A DNA stretch of 64,000 bases from Macrostomum lignano (lineage: Eukaryota): the NCBI GenBank assembly GCA_002269645.1, contig NIVC01003302.1, positions 1,632 through 65,631 of the forward strand, read 5' to 3'. The notes under the pieces are model-generated. The model had not been told where the DNA came from. It searched no databases and saw nothing but the letters and a program-made list of their open reading frames with translations. This document shows positions 56,998 through 64,000 of this stretch, piece after piece. The position numbers were made by a program, and so were the translations under genes. Numbering within the stretch: position 1 is the stretch's first letter; each line of letters opens with the position of its first letter.

Positions 56998-59900
56998 CTA
57001 GCAATCTTCGCCCCCCGATGGGGGACATCTGGATAGAATCTCTGTTCTCTACAAGTAACAAAAAAACAGCCAAAAATCCTTCAAAAAGACAACAGACAAA
57101 CTGCTCAAATGAAGTGCATTGCAAAAAGAAATCATCCCAAGACCGCAAGCATCCCCCAGATAGCAAGCATCCCCCAGATAGCAAGCATCCCCAAGATAGC
57201 AAGCATCCCCAGATAGCAAGCATCCCCAAGATAGCAAGCATCCCCCAGATAGCAAGCGTCCCCCAGATAGCAAGCATCCCCCAGATAGCAAGCATCCCTC
57301 AGATAGCAAGCATCCCCCAGATTTCAAGCATCCCCCAGATAGCAAGCATCCCCCGGATAGCAAGCATTCCCCAGAGAGCAAGCATCCCCCAGATAGCAAG
57401 CATCCCTCAGATAGCAAGCATCCCCCAGATAGCAAGCATCCCCCAGATAGCAAGCATCCCTCAGATAGCAAGCATCCCCCAGATAGCAAGCATCCCCCAG
57501 ATAGCAAGCATCCCCCAGATAGCAAGCATCCCCAAGATAGCAAGCATCCACCAGACAATAAGTAGCTAGTGCGACAATTTCCTTAGCATTATAGCGGCTC
57601 CTTTAAAATTCGCTTACTTTTACGTTTGAAATTGTGTATCTTTTATGTTTAACAGGGTGGCTCTTTTATGTTATACATTGTGGCTCTTTTATGTTATACA
57701 TTGTGGCTCTTTTTTGTTCTACGCTCGTACATGGTAACTCTTTTATGTTTGATACGGTGGCTTTTCAATGTCTGACATGGTGGCTCTTCTATGTTTGACA
57801 TGGGGGCTCTTCTATGTTTGACATGGGAGCTCTTCTATGTTTGACAAAGTGGCTTTTTAATGTTTGACATGGTGGCTCTATTATGTTTGACATGGTGGCT
57901 CTATTATGTTTGACATGGTGGCTCTTTAATGTTCAAAAAGTTGGCTCTTTTATGTTTGACATGGTGGCTCTTTAATGTTTGACATGGTGGCTCTTTAATG
58001 TTTGACATGGTGGCTCTTTAATGTTAGACAAAGTAGCTCTTTAATGTTTGACATGATGGCTCTTAAATGTTAGACATGGGGGCTCTTTACTTTTTGACAT
58101 GGTGGCTCTTTAATGTTGGACATGGTGGCCTTTAATGTTAGACATGGTGGCTCTTTAATGTTCGACATAAAGTCACTTATATGTTTGACATGGTGGCTCT
58201 TTAATGTTTGACATGGTGGCTCTTTTATGTTCGACATGGTGTCGCTTCAATGTTCGACATGGAGTTACGTATATGTTTTACATGGTGACTCTTTTATGTT
58301 CGACATGGTGGCTCTTTAATGTTTGACATGGGGTCTCTTCAATGTTTGACATGGAGTTACGTATATGTTTGACATGGTGGCTCTTTAATGTTTTACATGG
58401 TGGCACTTTCATGTTTGACCTGGTGGCTCTTTAATATTTGACATGTTGGCTCTTTTATGTTTGACATGGTGGCTCTTTTATCTTTGACATGGTGGCTCTG
58501 TAATGTTCGACATGGAGTCATGTATATGTTTCACATGGTAGCTCTTAAATGTTCGACATGGTGGCTCTTTAATGTTCAACATGGAGTCATGTATATGTTT
58601 GACATGGTGGCTCTTAAATGTTCGACATAGTGGCTCTATAATGTTTGACATGGTGGCTCTTTAATGTTCGACATGGCGTCATGTATATGTTTGACATGGT
58701 AGCTCTTGAATGTTCAACATGGAGTCATGTATATGTTTGACATGGTGGCTCTTAAATGTTCGACATGGTGGCTCTTTAATGTTTGACATAGTGTCTCTTT
58801 ACTGTTTGACATGGAGTCATGTATATGTTTGACATGGTGGTTCTTTAATGTTAGACATGGTGGCTCTTTTATGTTTTGCATGGTGGCTCTTTTATGTTCG
58901 ACATGGTGTCTCTTCAATGTTTGACATGGCGTCATGTATATGTTTGACATGGATGCTCTTGTATTTTTAACATGTTGACTCTTTAATTTTCGAAATGGTG
59001 GCTCTTAATTGTCTAACATGGAGTCACGTATATGTTTGACATGGAGTCATGCATATGCCTGATATGGTAGCTCTTTAATGTTTTACATGGAGTCACGTAT
59101 ATGTTTCACATGTTGGGTATTTTATGTTTGACATGGTGGTTCTTAAATGTTCGACATGGTGGCTCTTTAATGTTTTACATGGTGGCACTTTCATGTTTGA
59201 CCTGGTGGCTCTTTAATGTTTGACATGGTGGCTCTTTAATATTTGACATGGTGGCCCTTTTATGTTCGACATGGTGGCTCTTCAATGTTTGACATGGAGT
59301 CACGTATATGTTTTACATGGTGGCTCTTTTATGTTCGACATGGCGTCATGTATATGTTTGACATGGTAGCTCTTGAATGTTCAACATGGAGTCATGCATA
59401 TGTTTGACATGGTAGCTCTTGAATGTTCAACATGGAGTCATGTATATGTTTGACATGGTGGCTCTTAAATGTTCGACATGGTGGCTCTTTAATGTTAGAC
59501 ATAGTGTCTCTTTAATGTTTTGCATGGTGGCTCTTTTATGTTCGACATGGTGTCTCTTCAATGTTTGACATGGAGTCATGTATATGTTTGACATGGTGGC
59601 TCTTGTATTTTTAACATGTTGGCTCTTTAATGTTCGACATGGTGGCTCTTTAATGTCTAACATGGAGTCACGTACGAGTATATGTTTGACATGGAGTCAT
59701 GTATATGTCTGATATGGTAGCTCTTTAATGTTTTACATGAAGTCACGTATATGTTTCACATGGTGGCTATTTTATGTTTGACATGGTGGTTCTTAAATGT
59801 TCGACATGGTGGCTCTTTAATGTGTTACATGGTGGCACTTTCATGTTTGACCTGGTGGCTCTTTAATGTTTGACATAGTGTCTCTTTAATGTTTGACATG

Positions 59901-61139
59901 GAGTCATGTATATGTTTGACATGGTAGCTCTTGAATGTTCGACATAGAGTCATGTATATGTCTGCCATGGTGGCTCTTTAATGTTAGACATGGTGGCACT
60001 TTCATGTTTGACCTGGTGGCTCTTTAATGTTTGACATGGTGGCTCTTTAATATTTGACATGGTGGCCCTTTAATATTTGACATGGTGGCCCTTTAATGTT
60101 CGACATGGTGGCTCTTCAATGTTCGACATGGAGTCATGTATATGTTTGACCTGGTTGCTCTTTAATGTTTGACATGGTGGCTCTTTAATGTTCGACATGG
60201 TGGCTCTTTTAGGGTTGAAATGGTGGCTCTTTAATGTTTGACATGGTGGCTTTTTAATGTTCGACATGGTGGCTCTTTTATGTTCGACATGGCGTCATGT
60301 ATATGTTTGACATGGTAGCTCTTGAATGTTCAACATGGAGTCATGTATATGTTGGACGTGGTGGCTCTTTAATGTTCGACATGGTGGCTCTTTAATGGTT
60401 GACATGGTGGCTCTTTAATGTTCGACATGGTAGCTCTTTAATGTTCGACATGGTGGCTCTTTAATGGTCGACATGGTGGCTCTTTAATGGTCGACATGGT
60501 GGCTCTTTAATGTTTGACATGGTGGCTCTTTAATGTTTGACATTGTGCTTTTTTGTGTTTAGCATTTTGTGTTTTTAAGATTTTTGAATAAAAAAATCTT
60601 TTTGCACTACTAAGATTCGAACCCAGGTCGTAGCATTAGCAGTCCAGTCTGTTCGCATCTATGCTATCTCTTGTCTTGAATTGTGGCCCTTATAATTTAA
60701 TTTTTATAGCAAATCGGTTAGAGTAAAAAGTTATGACATAATCAATTTTATCAGTCAGCCAGTATCAGTGTCAATTTAAGTTAGCAATATTGTTACACAA
60801 TTTAAATCAAGTTTTGTGTGCATTTGTTCGGCACTGTTTTCAACTGGTTGTGATGTAATCTTTATCACAATTGGAATTCAGTCAGTCAGTTTTTTCTCTA
60901 GCATTCTTACAATGCATTTCAGGTCGAAAGAGCTGCTTGACCTTTGCAAAAAAGCATGTTTTTCGAATATTTAATCCCTTTAAAATTGAGCAATTTCTTA
61001 GCCAAGATGCATGTACCGTCCCAGGAAAATTTCTGATCGAATGGTGCAAGTTTGAAGAAAATCGATTGAGCCATTTTTTCTGAAATCTATCGCATACCTA
61101 CCTACCTACCCACAGACAACTCATTTTTAGTATATAGGA
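56998..61139 (-). mobile_element. Non-autonomous Helitron-like element, copy B (satellite array expanded to ~2.9 kb)
   Basis: 5' end TCCTATATACTAAAAATGAG at 61139 followed by (GTAG)n. Contains the same unique block and tRNA-like cassette as copy A, a 23-bp array at ~57650-60540 and an 18-bp array at ~57145-57550. The 3' end has hairpin CCCCCATCGGGGG and CTAG|T at 56998. Confidence 0.82.
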
Positions 61140-63147
61140 CTAGCTAAAGTTTTGCCCCCCTTCGAGGAGCAGAAATAATTAATATTCGTCTAATATAATA
61201 TACCTTTTAGCAGGAGTACTTTAAGTGTTTTTCTTAAGCTTAAGCTTAAAATAGGAATTTTTGGAGATCGTTAATAACGCATTTTAGGTAAAACAAAACT
61301 ATCAACTTTTTACAGTTTTTTAGTTTAGAGCCCTGTATATGTCAACGTGTTTGATAAAAGTTATTTTATTTATTTAGTTTATAAAACCCCCAGATAGCAA
61401 GCATCCCCCAGATAGCAAGCATCCCCCAGATAGCAAGCATCCCCCAGATAGCAAGCATCCCCCAGATAGCAAGCATCCCCCAGATAGCAAGCATCCCCCA
61501 GATAGCAAGCATCCCCCAGATAGCAAGCATCCCCCAGATAGCAAGCATCCCCAGATAGATAGCATCCCCCAAATAGCAAGCATCCACCAGACAATAAGTA
61601 GCTAGTGCGACAATTTCCTTAGCATTATAGTGGCTCCTTTAAAATTCGCTTACTATTACGTTTGAAATTGTGTATCTTTTATGTTTGGCATGGTGGCTCT
61701 TTAATGTTTGACATGGTGGCTCTTTTATGTTGACATGGTGGCTCTTTTATACTTGACATGGTGGCTCTTTACTGTTCGAAATGGTGGCTCTTTTATGTTT
61801 GACATGGTGGCTCTTTTAGGTTTGACATGATGGCACTATTATGTTTTGACATAGTGGCTCTTTAATGTTTGACATGGTAGCTCTTAAATGTTTGACATGG
61901 TAGCTCTTAAATGTTTGACATGGTAGCTCTTTTATGTTCAACATGGTGGCTCTTTATTGTTTGACATGGTGGCTCTTTAATGTTTAACCTGGTGGCTCTT
62001 TTATGTTTAACCTGGTGACTCTTTTATGTTTGACATGGCGGCTCTCTAATGTTTGACAAAGTGGCTATTTAATGTTCGAAATGGTGGCTCTTGAAAGTTT
62101 GACATAAAGTCACATATATGTTTGAGATGGTGGCTCTTAAATGTTTGACATGGTGGCTCCTAAATGTTTGACATGGTGGCTCTTTACTGTTTGAAATGGT
62201 GGCTCTTTAATGTTCTACATGGTAACTCTTTTATGTTCGACATGGTGGCTTTTTAATGTCTGACATGGTGGCTCCCAAATGTTTGACACGGTGGCTCTTT
62301 AATGTTCTTTATGGTGGCTCTTTAATATTCTACATGGTGGCTCTTTTATGTTTGATACGGTGGCTTTTTAATGTCTGACATGGTGGCTATTTTATGTTTG
62401 ACATGGTGGCTCTTCTATGTTTAACATGGTGGCTCTTTTATGTTTGACACGGTGGCTCTTTAATGTTCGACAAAGTGGCTATTTGATGTTTGATATGGTG
62501 ACACTTAAATGTTTGACATAAAGTCACATATATGTTTGACATGGTGGCTCTTAAATATTTGACATGGTGGCTCTTAAATGTTAGACGTGGTGGCTCGTTT
62601 AGTTTTGACATAGTGGCTCTTCTATGTTTGACATGGTGGCTTTTTAATCGTTGACATGGAGTCACGTATATGTTTGACATAGTGCTTATTTTATGTTTGG
62701 CATGGTGGCTCTTTTATGTTTGACATGGTGGCTCTTCTATGTTTGACATTCCGCTTCTATTATGTTTAGCAGTTTTGTGTTTTTAAGGTGTTTTGATAAA
62801 AAAATCTTTTTGCACTACTAAGATTCGAACCCAGGTCGCTACTTTAGCATCCCAGTCTGTTCGCATCTGGGCTATCTCTTTTCATTTGGAGAACATGAAT
62901 TGTGGCCCTTATAATTCAATTCTTACAGCAAGTCAATTGGAGTAAACAGTTATGACATAATCAATTTCTCAGTCAGCCAGTATCAGTCTCAATTTGAGTT
63001 AGCAATATTGGTTACGCAATTTCATTCAAGTCGTGTGTGCATTTCTTCGGCACTGTTTTCAACTTGCTGTGATGCAATCTTTATCACAATCGGAATTCAG
63101 CCAGTCAGTTTTTTCTCTAGCATTCTTACAATGAATTTTAGGTCGAA
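61140..63147 (-). mobile_element. Helitron-like copy C, abutting copy B head-to-tail, with a different 3' terminus; interrupted by element D
   Basis: CTAG at 61143-61140 is directly followed by the TC of copy B. 18-bp array at ~61385-61585, 23-bp array at ~61680-62745, and the shared unique block up to ~63147. Confidence 0.72.
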
Positions 63148-64000
63148 CTAGCAATCTACGCCCCCGTTGGGGAGCCAAATAAATGCAATACACGTTTTTT
63201 TAATAAGCTACATGTATCCTTGAAATCTTAAAAAATCTCCTGTCAAACCTTGTAAGCCTTGACATGTCAGTAATTCCCCCCCCCACAAGCTTTGACATAT
63301 CAACTTCCCCCCTTGACATCTCAGCAATGCCCCCAATAAGCCTTGGAAATCTAAAAATATCTGTCAACCTTCTAACCCTAGCCTAACCCTAACCCTAACC
63401 CTAGCCCTAACCCTAACCCTAACCCTAACCTAACATTGAAATTTCAGTAATTCTCTCTAAGAGTCACTATAGCACTACTACAGCATTATAGCGATTTCCT
63501 GCAAGCCTCGACATCGTAGGGATTCCCAAATGAATCTCTTAACTTCGACATGAAGCTTCTTTTATTTTTTACATTACGCTTTTTTTATCAGCGATCCCTC
63601 CCCTGAGGAGGCATCAAATAATGTAATAAAAAGTTTTCAATAAACTACATGTAGCTTCTGACTTTAGCCTTGAAATCTCATTTATACCCGTGAGCCTTGA
63701 CATCTCAGCTATTCCCCCCGTAAGCCTTAACATGTCAGCGATGGCCTCCATAAACCTTGAAATCTAAAAATCCCTGTTATTCTGTTAACCTTAAACCCGA
63801 TAAAATATAACCCTCACCCACACCTGACCTAAACCTAACTTTAACGCCAACCTAAAGCCTTGAAATCTCAGCAATTCTTCTCGCCCTAAGCCTTGACATT
63901 TTAGTGATTCCTTCTTTAAGAATCACAGCACTATAACGATTTCCACCAAGCTTTGACATCGTAGCAATTCCCAAATGAATCTTTTAACTTGAACATGACT
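63148..64000 (-). mobile_element. 3' end of another Helitron-like element (D) nested in copy C, built of ~440-bp tandem units
   Basis: Hairpin CTCCCCAACGGGGG followed by GATTGCTAG|T at 63148. The block GACATCGTAG..TTCCCAAATGAATCT recurs at ~63510 and ~63955. Confidence 0.55.
63372..63432. repeat. Interstitial telomere-like (CCCTAA)n tract
   Basis: About 9 imperfect CCCTAA units. Confidence 0.85.

Overview
Eukaryotic (animal) genomic DNA with spliceosomal introns, GC3-rich coding exons and a different minisatellite in most long introns. This pattern suggests a Macrostomum-like flatworm, which is inference only. Genes reconstructed by hand: a tandem-C2 synaptotagmin-like gene with no visible TM helix (minus, 145-10530); a secreted SUEL/rhamnose-binding lectin (minus); two divergent F-type lectins, one intact and one frameshifted by a 37-bp deletion; a complete vasohibin (minus) head-to-head with alpha-actinin (plus), which has a duplicated, probably mutually exclusive CH2 exon; exportin-1/CRM1 (plus); and three tandem paralogues of an unassigned 67-80 aa N/Q/G-rich peptide with two DNxxNQ[C/L]NPNNxxY motifs (minus, 52.6-56.9 kb). 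Mobile DNA: an internally deleted PIF/Harbinger element, several satellite-bearing non-autonomous Helitron-like elements (tandem and nested) that carry a tRNA-like cassette, a MITE with a 9-bp TSD, a TA-flanked MITE and a Gypsy/Ginger-type integrase remnant. Five single-base losses in G/C runs of conserved genes look like long-read consensus errors. Exon coordinates were counted manually from GT-AG sites and frame continuity; repeat boundaries are approximate.
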